Part shown: in pieces, positions 63,951 through 64,000 of the stretch
Position numbering within the stretch: position 1 is the first letter of the stretch
Layout: every line of letters begins with the position of its first letter
Assembly: GCF_001194135.2 (NCBI RefSeq)
Contig: NC_068983.1
Coordinates: 143,733,621-143,797,620, forward strand
Origin: Octopus bimaculoides
Taxonomy: Eukaryota
Reading direction: 5' to 3'
DNA length: 64,000 nt
Made by a program: the position numbers and the translations under genes
The notes under the pieces: model-generated
The model's input: the letters and a program-made list of their open reading frames with translations, nothing else
What the model was told of the DNA's origin: nothing
The model's database searches: none

Positions 63951-64000
63951 TTTTCTATTTTTTTTTTTTTGGCATATGTGTGTTTCTGTATGTGTGTGAG

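Overview
This is an AT-rich, CpG-depleted, repeat-dense animal genomic window with seven N-gaps. The repeat families resemble octopus/coleoid cephalopod SINE and RTE families, so that origin is inferred, not shown. The only well-supported protein-coding gene is a plus-strand SLC25A32-like mitochondrial folate/FAD carrier. Six GT-AG exons (1517-44644; 824 nt, about 274 aa) splice in frame to a stop; the first exon lies upstream of the window. None of these exons appears in the ORF track. Introns and the downstream region contain a HERO-type RLE LINE relic, RTE LINE fragments (some young), a CR1/L2-group relic, two mariner relics, a mariner MITE, a Tigger/pogo element, hAT MITEs, several tRNA-derived SINE families and micro/minisatellites. 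A CpG-rich promoter-like patch sits at the right edge. The main second-look observations are: (1) a tRNA-headed element carrying a minimal hammerhead-ribozyme-like core, with a 51-bp inverted duplication that starts at the predicted cleavage site; (2) a SINE repaired with a local 108-bp duplicate plus a 28S rRNA fragment; (3) a locally duplicated inverted repeat bracketing one carrier exon; (4) substitutions at substrate-defining positions of the carrier.
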